A stretch of 63,887 nt of DNA, counting the filler, from Neoconidiobolus thromboides FSU 785 (lineage: Eukaryota; Fungi; Entomophthoromycota), in assembly GCA_025603075.1 (NCBI GenBank). It is 6 parts of 6 records of this genome, joined end to end, with 100 filler letters (N's around TTAATTAATTAA, not from the genome) between each part and the next. Parts side by side here need not be neighbours in the genome. Positions count along the whole stretch, not along the records: positions 1 to 23,356 come from MU626530.1; 5 more parts are not named here. The stretch is one strand, 5' to 3'. Below are positions 1-12,200 of the stretch, one piece after another. The first letter of the stretch is position 1. The number at the start of each line of letters is the position of its first letter. The position numbers and the translations under genes are program-made. Below the pieces are notes generated by a model. It saw nothing but the letters and a program-made list of their open reading frames with translations, was not told the origin of the DNA and searched no databases.

Positions 1-314
1 CATAATTAATTAGTAGTTACTTTATTAGCATTGCTTATGATATGAAAAACTTTAATTTTAATAATTTGAAAGGTAAATAAAATTTTATCAGATTATTTTT
101 AATTTTCAATTGTGTTACTTGAGTTTTGAGTTTAATTATTAATAACCTTGCTATTAAAGTTAAGTATCCTAAATTCGAATAAACTTACAATAACATTGAT
201 AGTTTTCAAAGTATCAATTACCATTCTGCATGTTATTTGAACTCATTTTTGACAGATACTTTGATTCATTCAACCAATAATAATGAGTTGTAAATTTACA
301 ATTAAAAATCAAAA
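1..314 (+). repeat. Inverted repeat, identical on reading to the reverse complement of 23043-23356; lies upstream of an F-box pseudogene
   Basis: Position 1 (CATAATTAATTAGTAG...) matches the reverse complement of the contig end at 23356. The match continues to ...AATCAAAA at 314. Confidence 0.9.
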
Positions 315-367
315 AATCAAAAATCAAAAAATTTGTTTCATGATTCTTTTACTGATTTTTGTTCAAA

Positions 368-1750
368 ATAGGAATAAAAACTGATCAATTCCTAAATAAC
401 TTATTGAAAGAGATATTTAAACTATTACATCCAGTTGAGTTATTCAACTTATGATTAATAAATAAATGTTTATCAAGAGTGATCAAAGGCGTTACAATTG
501 TAACTTGACTTAGTTTATAATGAATTAAAAGAGTATATAAATTATTACAAAAAAACTATTAAAAATAAAAGACTATCAATAAGATTTTATATGTAGATTA
601 TGATACTTTAAAGTATTTGGATTGTTATCCAAACTTTAAAAATATATATCATGAATGTATATATTGTTATATCATATGTGGTAAATGCATCCATTATAGC
701 TGGGATAGCTGGGGTATTATCTATCCTAACAATGTTTTTAACCATAGAATAATTACGAATCACTGAAACTAGATAAATTACCTACTACCTAAGTCAAAAA
801 AATTGACTATGCATTTTTTAGAAGGCGCGTCAACATTTAGTCTATCTCATAGCTACTCAAATCAACTTGAAATATCCGAAGTTTCTAATTATAACTTAAC
901 AATTAAAGGCATCATTGAGCGTTTAAATCGACATAAATCAAAACTGTTTATAATTGATTCTATAAAGGATCTTAGCCTTGAGGAATTAGACACTACTAAG
1001 ACAAATTTTTAGAAATTAAAGACACTACATCTGAAGTTAGGCGCTCATTCATTTTGGCTACCAATGGTATGGATTCTGATATAAAGTCCATTTCAGATTT
1101 GAAGCTAAAAGTCAAAAGAAATATCGATTTTCAACTTGATTGTTTAAATGACCTCAAAAAATTAAAGAGTATAAAGTTAATATACTTTAATCAAGATTTT
1201 TTGGTAACTATAGTGATAAAAACGAACAGAATATTGTAGGCTTAGTTAAGAATGTCAACATATATTTGCTTAGGTTGTTTTAGTATAAAACATCTGATTA
1301 CTTGTATTCAAGGATTCTGTCGAAAATTCATGGAAATAAACCTCTTTTAATGTCAATAGTTTTGAAAAATCACAATTTCTTCAATGTCAAGCATTCAAAT
1401 CATCAATTTAACTTTTTTGGATAATAGTATTAAAAAACAATCAATGAATCTTATGATAAACAAAATGTTTACAAACAAAAACATCAATCAATTAAATGGA
1501 ACTCTGTCAAGCAAATCGATATAGATAATTTTTAGCCTTTGATTAGTAATGATTTTTATTTTTGTTTTTTCTAAATCTTAAAGTAATCAAACGAGGGATC
1601 CCTTGGTATATTTGACAAGAATAAGACACCAAAATTAGTCACAAATTCACTAACCCTTTATTATTAGTTGTGCTTATTAATATTCTCTTATAGTTTATTA
1701 TGAGTGGTTAGACAATATTTTTATGTTAAGTTAGATAAAATTTAGGCCCA
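368..1750 (+). pseudogene. F-box/LRR-type gene pseudogene, paralog of 2598-3914
   Basis: Translates as IGIKTDQFLNNLLKEIFKLLHPVELFNL*LINKCL, homologous to MRLNFDQLPDNLLENIFKLLHPVELFDLCLLNKCL. Many stops and frameshifts; ORF fragments 803-1012 and 1054-1239 are pieces of it. Confidence 0.8.
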
Positions 1751-1987
1751 AAATATTAACTCATCAAAACTCTGATTCTTTTATTCTACTTCAATTTAAC
1801 TATTGCTAGTCTAGTAAAAGATTAATACATTATAATAAAAGACAGCTTACTTTTAATATTGATTCTTTTTCAATATCTCTTTATTTAAATTTTCATATTT
1901 AAATTTCCACAATGTAATTTAAATATTAAGTACAGAAGTGCTATTTGAAGTGAACCTATAAAATAATAGTGATTCATATATTATATA

Positions 1988-2066
1988 AAGACGTTCTTTT
2001 TGGTTTCATTACTTTTTCTATCTTTTAAGTGCTATTTGAGTGGAAAAACTATTTTCAGTAGTAAAA
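1988..2066 (+). mobile_element. MITE family 1, degenerate and 3'-truncated copy
   Basis: Core TTTCATTACTTTTTCTATCTTTTAAGTGCTATTTGAGTGGAAAAA is present. Confidence 0.7.
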
Positions 2067-2597
2067 TGTGTATTTTTTCTTTTTAGATAATATGTTTAAT
2101 TGTAACACTGTTTTCGTTTTAAATAACAACACACTTGGTCAATCCAATTTATCTAAAATTAGACTCATCCCACCTTGATCTTCTACTTCACAAACTTTCT
2201 CTTATTGATTTATAAGTTTATGTATGACTCAACTTTGCTTTTCTTTTGTAGTAATTATATCTTATAGCCTGGCAAAAGAAACAAATATAGAGTAATCATA
2301 TGTGTGAAAAATATTACAAAAGGTTGAATAGATTAATCCTGTTATTTCAAATACTCAATATATATAATATTAAATAAACTTCTAATAGGTTGTAGCACTC
2401 AGAACATCAATAATTATTATTTCAGGATGTCATACAAACTTAATTTTTACAAATACTTGTTATTTATTCAACCAATGAAATAGATTCTAACTTTAAAATC
2501 TAAAATAAGAAATAAAAAACAAATAATATAAATTTAATTTTTGAGTCTTTTGTACAAACATCACTTTTTATTTTTTTTATTTTGTCTTTTATTTACA

Positions 2598-3914
2598 ATG
2601 AGACTGAACTTTGATCAATTACCAGACAACTTATTGGAGAATATATTCAAATTATTGCATCCAGTAGAATTGTTTGATTTGTGCTTGTTAAATAAATGCC
2701 TATTAACTGTAACAAAAAGTGTTATTAGATATAACTTAACTTATTCAGTTTATGATCAATTTATTAGCTATAAAAATTACCAACAAGAATTTATTGAAAC
2801 TAACGGATTATCAATGAACCATATAAATATAAACGAAAGCACCCTTAAACATTTAAGCTCTTGTTTAAACATAAGATCTATAAATTATGAGAGTTTATAT
2901 GATCATGGTAACAAATTCCCAATCAAAGCTAAACTACCTAAATTAAAAAAAATAGTAATGTGTTTTTCAGAACTCACAGAGGAACTTGTGATATTTAATA
3001 ATTATTTAAATCAAGTTGAAGTTTTTGAAGTTTTTAAGGATGAAATAGTAATTGAAGATTTTATCAAACATTTGAGCTCAGATAAATTAAAGTCTCTAAC
3101 TCTTTATTCTATATATGATTTAAATATCAGTGGACTAGATACTATTAAAACTAAATTCAAAAATTTGAGAGTGCTACATTTAAAATCACTTTCATTTATC
3201 ACTACTAATGGCTATGTCAATCCTAATATAAGCTTCAATTCCAGTCTAAATCTTAAGATTGAAGGCTATATTGATTTTAAAGTTAGTTGTTTAGGTGATC
3301 TTAAACAACTAAACAGCATAGAATTACTAATCAACAATAACACTGTTTTTGATAACACTAATAAAAATGAAGAGAGGATCATAGAATCAATCAAATGCAG
3401 TGGATACATTTCTTTAGGTTATTTTGAATTTAGTTCCCCGATTACCCATAGTTTTTCTAACTTACCAACTCTAAAAGAAGTCTATTTCACTGAATTTTCA
3501 AAAGAGTCACTAAATTCTATTTCTTTAATACCAAGTATTCAGGTTATTTCTTTTTCTTTTCCTTATAGCGATCTTAAAGATTTAATTGAAGAGTTTTACT
3601 GTAATAAATATAGTGACTATAAAGAAAAGCGTAAGTTAGTCAAATGCAATTCTGTTAAGAAAATTAACTTTGAAGACTTCTATCCTTTGAGTGATCTTTA
3701 TCTTTATTTTTTATCTTTTTTCCCGAACATTAAAACGATCAAAACAGATCACCTTGATGCACTTGATGATAATGAAATGCTAAAGGCTACATATAAGTTT
3801 ACTAGTCCTTTATTATTAATTGCGCCAATTAATCCCTATTTGCCTGTAGCTTTTTATGACGAATTAGCAAAAAAACCAATGTTAAGTTGGATGAAATTAG
3901 ATCCATATTATTAG
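2598..3914 (+). CDS. F-box domain / leucine-rich-repeat-like protein, intronless
   Basis: N-terminal F-box-like motif LPDNLLENIFKLLHPVELFDLCLLNK followed by LxxLxL-type repeats. ATG at 2598 is preferred over the upstream TTG at 2541. Confidence 0.8.
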   Translation: MRLNFDQLPDNLLENIFKLLHPVELFDLCLLNKCLLTVTKSVIRYNLTYSVYDQFISYKNYQQEFIETNGLSMNHININESTLKHLSSCLNIRSINYESLYDHGNKFPIKAKLPKLKKIVMCFSELTEELVIFNNYLNQVEVFEVFKDEIVIEDFIKHLSSDKLKSLTLYSIYDLNISGLDTIKTKFKNLRVLHLKSLSFITTNGYVNPNISFNSSLNLKIEGYIDFKVSCLGDLKQLNSIELLINNNTVFDNTNKNEERIIESIKCSGYISLGYFEFSSPITHSFSNLPTLKEVYFTEFSKESLNSISLIPSIQVISFSFPYSDLKDLIEEFYCNKYSDYKEKRKLVKCNSVKKINFEDFYPLSDLYLYFLSFFPNIKTIKTDHLDALDDNEMLKATYKFTSPLLLIAPINPYLPVAFYDELAKKPMLSWMKLDPYY

Positions 3915-4396
3915 CTTATTCTAACTCTTTTCTTTCAATATGAAACTTCTCTTATAACTCAGCTCTTTCTAATAAACAGTAACTATATTATTACGAGAGC
4001 AAAAGCTATGTTTATCTTTATTTGTATTTTTAGTTTTCCAATATTAAAATAAGCTTATGATCACTTTATTCATTTAGAAACAAAAGATTAAATTAATGTT
4101 ATATTAAAGTAAATTGAAAGTTGTAATAATATTTATTTAATTAATAAAAATAGCATAAAGGAGGATTGAAAGAGGCAAATTTAAAAACAAAATGTTATAG
4201 AAAACTTTTGTTTTAGATTCATTAGGTTATAGTTATAGTAAAACTTTGAAATAAAATTTTATACCTTTCTATAAAAAAATAAAACTATTAGTGTTGAAAT
4301 TAATGTATCTAATAACTTAATAAAGTAAATCATTTAAACACTTAACATTAGAATGTTATATTAAGATAAATATATATGGAAGTTAAAATTTTCAGT

Positions 4397-4490
4397 AGAG
4401 GATATTTTTTTGATTTCATTACTTTTCCTTTTTTTTAAGCGCTATTTGAATGGAAACATTGTTAGTAAAATCCTTAAAAAGTACATCCCC
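4397..4490 (+). mobile_element. MITE family 1 copy
   Basis: Core plus right end GTACATCCCC; left end degenerate. Confidence 0.8.
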
Positions 4491-5597
4491 AACAGCTTTA
4501 TTTAATGTATGAACATCAAATTAATAGATTATAATTGAACCATATTATTGCTTTATTTTTTGATCTATACTTAACCTCAATATTAAGGTTATTGGAATAA
4601 TTATACTAAATCAACGCATATTAACACATTTCACACAATAATCCTAATCAATTAAGCAACTCTTAATAATGTAATTTCAATTTGTTGAAATCTTAACATT
4701 TTGTAATAATATTTACTATGATTTTAAATTAAGACTTCAAATAACCATTAATTTGAACTTTATTGCATTTTTTCAAATCAGCTGATTCTAAATTCAATTA
4801 AAGTTGAAAACTTATTGGTTCTAAGTCATAAGATTCAGGGTTCAATATTTAGGGTATTTTTAGTAAACTAAAAATGAAGTTTTCGGTTTTAAGGGTGAGA
4901 AAGTTAATTTAATGTGATTTTTTTAAGTGAAAAATTGTTTAATTTTTTAGTGATTTTAAGATAGAAGTAATTGAAGTAAGCTGAAGATAAAAGAAAACAA
5001 ATATGTCAAATCGGATATGTTTTTGTATTTATATATTGAAATAATTTTGTACTTTTATTTTTTACAGAAAGTTCTTAATATTACTTATCAATAATGACTC
5101 AAAATGATACCATTTTACTCAAAATTTCAAATCTAATGAATTGAAATATCAACAAAGATTTGAGAATAAAAAAATATTTTATTATTATAAGTTATTATAG
5201 TGGTTCAATTTAAAAATCTTATATTATCATCTAATAAATTAATAGCGAGATAATAAATATAGATATAATAGATAATGATAAAATGCGCAAATAAGTAGTC
5301 AATTTTAAAATATAAATTAAAAATAGAATAAAAATAGAAAGTATAAAAAGAAATAAATAAATAAATGATACCATTCAAGATACAAATTGAGTACAAAATA
5401 TTAAAAAATAGAAGATAATAATTTATTAAATGTACAAAATTTAATAGCTTTAAAAAAGGTTTAAAAAGAGGGTATAAATAAAACCCAAAATTAAAACTTA
5501 TACTAAAATTAATTTAAAGAGAAAAAAAACACATAATTAGTTTAATATCTTTTATAAAAAAAAGTTTTTATTTCTTTTCTATATTTTTATATAAAGA

Positions 5598-7228
5598 ATG
5601 ACCAATCCAACAATATTAAAACAAATAGAAAAGGAGGATAACATCATTGACCAGAAAAAAGGGGATTCAGTTATTATCGATGACAATAGTCAAAGTGATA
5701 ATATTGAATATATCCCTGGTAAAATCCCATTACAAGCGTGGTTCATTATTATTACTGAACTTGGTGAAAGATTCACTTATTATGGAGTTACTCTAATGTT
5801 TATTCCCTATCTTACTAAAGTGTTAGATCAAAGTAAAGCAAGTGCATCAGCTATTAATCGAGGATTCCAATTTCTATCTTTTTTAACTACAGTTATTGGA
5901 GCTGTGGTAGCGGATGTTTACCTCGGTAAATTTAAAGCCATCATTTTATCTTCTACCTTTTATTTTGTTGGTTTAATATTATTGGCTTTATCAGCAATCA
6001 ACCCTTCTTTAGAAGCTGGTTTTGGTTTACCTGGTTTTTGTTTAGCTATCTTTTTATTTATGGCTTGGGGTGCAGGTGGTATTAAAGCAAATGTTAATAC
6101 TTTCACAGCTGAACAGATTCCTTTAGGTAACTTTCATTAATGTTTAATTAATAAGTCCATAATATTAATGGATTAATTCTAGGTGATAAACCAACTGATA
6201 ATCCTAATAAAATGATTAGTTATGATCTTACGGTAGAAAGAGTATTTCGATTCTTTTATTGGTCGGTTAATGTAGGATCTTTATTAGGACCTTTAGTATG
6301 TCCTCCAGTTGTTAAAGCTTTTGATTATTCCATTGGCTTTGCAATTCCATGTGTTATATTTATAGTTACTAATTTCTTTTTCATAATGGGTAAAGTATTT
6401 TTAAAATACAAACAAGTAGAATTGAAAGGAAATCCAATTATTAAAGTAATTAAAGTCTTGAAATATTGTTTAAATAACCGAAATCAAAAGAATAATGAGG
6501 GTAAAGAGTATGAGCATTGGTTAGATAAGGCTAAAAATCAATTTAACGAAATTGATAATCAATTTATTGATGATTTAAAACGTACATTTAATGCTTGTAA
6601 AGTATTTTTATTCTTTTCTATTTATTGGGCATTAAATTATAATACATCTGATTCCTTTATATTAATGGGTTTAACTATGGAATCTCCCTCTTGGTTATCA
6701 GCTGAACAATTAAATTTATTTAATTCTATAACAATTATTATATTAATACCGATTATGGATTTCTTCGTATTTCCAATCTTAAGAAAATTCGGATTTAAAT
6801 TAGGTCCAATTACACGTATTACAATCGGGTTCTTCATTTGTTTTTTAGCATTCATCTATATGACTGTTTTACAAAAAATAGTATATTCTACAGGGCCTTA
6901 TTATGATTTTACTAATTTAAATGGTGTTAAAGATCCAGTTAATCAAATATCTGTATGGTATCAAGTACCAGGTTATTTATTATTAGCTATAAGTGAAGTG
7001 TTTTCCGCAACTACAGTATTAGAATATTCTTATCAATATGCCTCTCCTGAATTGAAATCTGTTGTTTCTTCATTATATTATTTATCAGTTTGTATTTCTT
7101 CTTTAATTGGTATGTTGTTGGCTATTTGGTCTTATGATCCTAATTATGTACCTTTATTTGCTGCACAAACGGTTGTTATGGGTATTTGTACGATCGTATT
7201 TTATCTCATGTTTAGACATACTGAATGA
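5598..7228 (+). CDS. PTR2: POT/PTR2-family proton-dependent oligopeptide transporter (exons 5598-6126, 6183-7228)
   Basis: ELGERFTYYG (ExxERF) motif, GAGGIKANV, FFYWSVNVGSLLG. One GT..AG intron at 6127-6182 joins the two ORFs in frame. Confidence 0.93.
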
Positions 7229-7342
7229 AAGATATTACTATCAGCAATATTATTACAACAATAATGATATAAATTAATATAAATTAATATAAATTAAATA
7301 ATAAAGTAAAATAAATAAACAAATGTGTAATTTTATATATAA

Positions 7343-8098
7343 CTATAACTTTGATTTTAACTTTCCAAAGTGCTTAAAAAAATGAATAGAATGTTGATCT
7401 ACCTTATTTAGTAATTGTAACATATCATTTGAAAATTGAGCTTTCTTTTTAGTTTTAAAATCAATACATGTCTGTTCTATTACTGCTTTTATCATCATTT
7501 TCTTTTTTTTACAAGAATAAATAATTGCTTCAATAACTAGTTTTTCTTTTGTATAGTCTTGAATTTGAACACCTATTATTAACTATAAATAAAATTAATC
7601 TTTATAAGGATAATAGAATGTGATAATATGAAATTAATTTACTTCATCTGGAAACTTAATATAATCTAAATATTCTATTTTTGTATTACTAGTTACACTA
7701 GCATCCCTTTCTCCTTTGGAATAATCAATTAAATCTTCAATAGATAATTGAGAATATAGTAACATAATATAAAAAGCTCTTGCTAAATTTTAATAAGTTT
7801 TAATAAATGAATGACTATTTAATTTTAATAATATTAATTACCATTTTCAATCATTTTTAATATTTCTAATGTACTTAAATTTTGGGTACTATCCTAATTG
7901 ATATTATAATCATTAGTTAAATATAAAAAAGACTATAATATCATAGTACTAGTTTACCATTTGACTCCAATTTAAAGATTGAGATAATAAAATTGGATAA
8001 TTTTTTAATTTTTGTTTGCTTTCATTATTTACAAGATAGTCTAATTGCTCTTTAGTTATGAAATTAGCATACTTCATCTGACTATAAATTAATTTCAT
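7343..8098 (-). CDS. Hotdog-fold (4HBT-like) acyl-CoA thioesterase with C-terminal PTS1 (SKL); exons 8098-7958, 7893-7842, 7782-7643, 7582-7343; 190 aa
   Basis: Hand-spliced through three GT..AG introns with consistent phases. SLNWSQMDSTQNLSTLEILKMIENARAFY and KIEYLDYIKFPDELIIG match thioesterase-family patterns. Ends ...GKLKSKL*. Confidence 0.75.
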
Positions 8099-8630
8099 TG
8101 TTTCGGTAGCCATTTGTATTTAGATAAATAAGTAAATAAAGTTGAAAGAAATAAAATTAAAAAGTTCAACAATTACTACTTTTTATAACTGTTAAAAATT
8201 CTAATTGGAGTTTTTAGTGAAGTCAAGTCATCAAGTTTTATTATTTGATCAAAGAAAAACTGCCATTTTTTATATAATTTGCTCAATTGATCAACTGAAT
8301 TAAATATTTCAGTTCAATTTATTATTTAAACAAATAAATTAAAGAATACTGATATTATTATAAAAGTAGATTCAATGACGCTTTATTATATATTATCAGA
8401 TAGATATTAACCTATCTTCACTGACTTGAACTCAAAACCTTATTAAAAAACTGAGTATTTAGTCAGGGCAGATTCAAACTTAACCAATTAGAAACAAGTT
8501 TTTAATTATTGATTTCGAAGCTAGAGAATTTCTAATACGTATAAAATCCACATCAATTAAATTCTCACACTTTTTAATTTCTTTATTTTAGTTAAACTTT
8601 TAGATATTGTAAAAATAGTAATAATAAAAG

Positions 8631-10247
8631 ATGACTACTCCAGCAAATAATTCATGGGATATCAAAATTACAGAGGTTGCTAAACGTACTTATAATCCAA
8701 TTCGTCAAGTTGTGGATGGTATGAAAGTAGCTCCAAATCCAGAAAAAAAAGTTATTAGCTTATCAATTGGTAAATAAAAGTTATATTATTTTATGTATAC
8801 TTACAATTTGTTTTAATAATGTACTGATTATTTTTTAATAGGTGATCCAACTGTTTTCGGAAATTTTAAAGTACATGATTCGATTGAAGATAGTTTAATT
8901 AAAGCTATTAAAAGTTCAAAAGCTAACGGTTATGCACCTGCTCATGGTAAAAATGATAATAATTTTTATTATTAATAAAACAATTTATCTCTTTATCCTT
9001 TTAGGTTTTGAATATGCTCGTCAAGCTATCGCAGATAAATTTTCAACCGAAACTTCACCATTAACAGCTAATGTAAGTGCATGAAAAGAATAATTATTTT
9101 ATTATTTGTTAATAGATTTCAACAGGATGTTATCATTGGTTCAGGCTGTTCCGGTGCCCTTGAATTAGTAGTTAGTGCCATGATTAATCATGATCAAACT
9201 TTATTAATACCAAGACCTGGATTTTCATTATATCGTACATTTGCAGAAAGTAAAGGTTTTAATGTTGAAGAATATGATTTATTAGTAAGTTAAAAATATT
9301 AGTTTAAACTATTTTGTTTATGTAAATGATATTAATAATGTTTTACTTTAAAATTAATTAGCCAGAAAAACAATGGGAGATTGATTTAGAACAATTAGAT
9401 AAACTAATTACAAATAAAACTGGAGCTGTTTTAATTAATAAGTAAGTTTATTTAAATTAACCCATCTCTTCTATCTCTCGTTAATCCATATTAACCCTTG
9501 TCATTAATAGCCCCTCCAATCCCTGCGGTTCTGTGTTTAGTAAAGAACATTTAATAGAAATCCTAAAAGTATGTGAAAAACATCGAGTACCTATTATTGC
9601 TGATGAAATTTATTGTGATATGGTATTTGAGGGAAATCAATTTTATCCTATTGCTTCTTTAACTAGTGAAGTTCCAGTTATCGCAGTTGGTGGCATTGCT
9701 AAAAAGTATTTAGTTCCAGGATGGAGAGTAGGATGGGCTATGGTTCATGATAGAAATGGATTACTCGAAGAGGTAAAAGGTTTTGGGATAAAATAATTCC
9801 AAGTACTAATTGAATTTTTTTATTTAGGTTCGTAAAGCCTTAATTAGTTTATCTCAATTAATTATTGGTTCGAATACATTAATTCAAGCCGCCTTACCCG
9901 ATATCTTACATAATACACCGGAAGAATTTTATCAAGATACAATTAAAGCATTAGAACATAATGTTAAAATTAGTCATGAAATATTATCGAATATCCCTGG
10001 TCTTCATGTCATTGAACCTCAAGGTGCTATGTATATGATGGTTGGTATTGATACTACTAAATTAAATGGAATCTCAGATGATGTTCAATTTACTGAAAAA
10101 TTAATGGCTGAAGAATCAGTCTTCTGTTTACCTGGTAAATGTTTTAGATATCCTAACTATTTCCGTGTAGTTATTACAGCTCCACCAGAACAACTTAAAG
10201 AAGCTTATCTTCGTATTGAACAATTTTGTAAGAGATATACAAAATAA
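8631..10247 (+). CDS. TAT: Tyrosine aminotransferase (PLP-dependent class I), multi-exon
   Basis: YNPIRQVVD, SLSIG/DPTVFGNF, GYAPAHG, NPSNPCGSV, IIADEIY, GGIAKKYLVPGWRVGW (PLP lysine) and CLPGKCF. GT..AG introns link the ORF fragments. Confidence 0.92.
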
Positions 10248-10345
10248 ATAAATATATCAATTAGATATATTAATTAAAATATATTAATTAAAATATACTA
10301 ATTAAATGAATATATTAAAATTATCTCTTTTTATTTAATTTATTA

Positions 10346-11996
10346 TTATAATTTAAATGGTTTTTGATGAAGATTTAACTTTATATTACTGGATTTAGTG
10401 GAAGTAATGGTGATATTTAATATATGAGGTAAAACCGAATGAATAAAATAATCTTCTGTGAATTGCATCTAAGAGAGGAATTGAAGTTAATTAAATGAAT
10501 TTAATAAAATATAAAAAATAATGACTTACATGTTCAAAAGGAGCAGTAAAAAAGAATAATTTGTTTTTTTCTTTTAATGTTTTTAAACCAAGCCAATTCT
10601 AGTTTATTTTGTTACATTAGTATTTGATTAGATTGCGTTATTTAAAGATATTTTATTTACCTCTTTATAACTTATTTGATCTTCTAATTTAATTAAATTA
10701 GGATTATTTGATTCATAGGTAGAAAACCACTATTAAATTTATTAATTAATTATCATTACTTACAATATATAATAAACTTATAAATTAAAATTTACCGCAG
10801 TATCTTTAGGAATTAAGATGGTATCTTTTTCAAATTTAAATAAAATTAATTTATTTAAATTTATCAATTGATTGAAATAGGTTTGATTTTTAACCTATTA
10901 TAATAAATAAATAAGTATCTTTTTTAATTCTATAAAATAATTTACTTTTAATTCATTATTAACATCTGGAAGAAATGAATTATATTTCAAATAAGTTTCA
11001 TATTGCGTTGGATCCTATTATAAATTGAAAGCATTCATTAATTTCTATTATCAACTTAATAAACTATAAAAAATAATAAACCTACTTTAACATATTGAGC
11101 TTGAATAATATGATTTCTGATATAATAAGAATAAGCTCCATTACGCATTAAATAGTTAATCCATCGACATTTTATGGTATCTAAATTTTTATCACATCCA
11201 GGCGCAAAGGAAACGCCTAAAATTGATTTAAATATTAATTTTCTTAGTGAATTTCTCCGTCATTGTTTTATTTTATGCTATTGAAATAAAACAATCCGAA
11301 GTTAAATAAAATAATAACTACTCACCACTATGAGGAGAACCTAAAGTAATTAAATTAAAAACCTTAAGTTTGGGACACTTTTGTAAAGCTGAGCGAAGAA
11401 ATAAACCGCCCTTATTTTTTTGATAAAATATCAATACATTAGCTTAATTTAATATAATTATTTCAGCTCACTTGAGATAATCCAATGGCATTAAACCCAT
11501 TTTTTAATTCAGCTATACTATTTAATTGATGGCAAACAAAAGGGATCTAGATTTATTATTGACATACATTATTATAAAAAATAGGAACAAAAGAAGAAAC
11601 AAAAGGAAAAAAGTACTCACTTGTTCATTTAAATTCCCAAAAAATCCAGCATCTCTATCTTTATTTGTTTGTTGATCAAGATACACCGAGTGAACAAAGG
11701 TATTTGGGGAGACTCGATTAATGATTTTTATCAATCTTTGCATCCTTGTTAGTGAAAAATAGTTATTCATTTATTATTTTATTATAAATTTTATTATCAC
11801 TTACGAATCTGGATTGTTGTAACTATCACCCATGCCATGCCATAATACAACTAAGTTTTAATAAAAATAGGTCAATATATTTTATTTCCATTAATATCAT
11901 TTTATTTGGTTAATTACTTGGCAACTCAAAAATATTAACAGCGTTGATCAAAGACAGATGAAAGAATAATAATAGTTTTATTGAATTGAAATTCAT
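10346..11996 (-). CDS. PPT1: Palmitoyl-protein thioesterase (PPT1 family), about 10 exons, with N-terminal signal peptide
   Basis: Hand-spliced: MNFNSIKLLLFFHLSLINA..LPIVLWHGMGDSYNNPDSM..GFFGNLNEQ..GFNAIGLSQGGLFLRS..NLITLGSPHSGV..IQAQYVKDP..FLPDVNNE..FKFEKDTILIPKDTAWF..HMQF..KL*. Confidence 0.9.
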
Positions 11997-12200
11997 GACT
12001 GCTTATTTTCAAGATTAAATAAATTGAAATTGAAATTCTAGTCATTAAAAATGAATTTTTTGAATTATTTTAAGCCACCAAAATTCTTTTAAAAAAATTC
12101 AAAGATTTTAATTGGTAAGTTAAAGAATCAAAGAACTATTATTTCTAATTTATCTAAAAAAAACACCTTTTGTATAACTTACAATACATCAGTATCCCTC

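Noticed and set aside
5205-5396. 69-codon-range hydrophobic ORF upstream of PTR2
   Set aside because: F/Y/I-only composition typical of AT-rich non-coding DNA.
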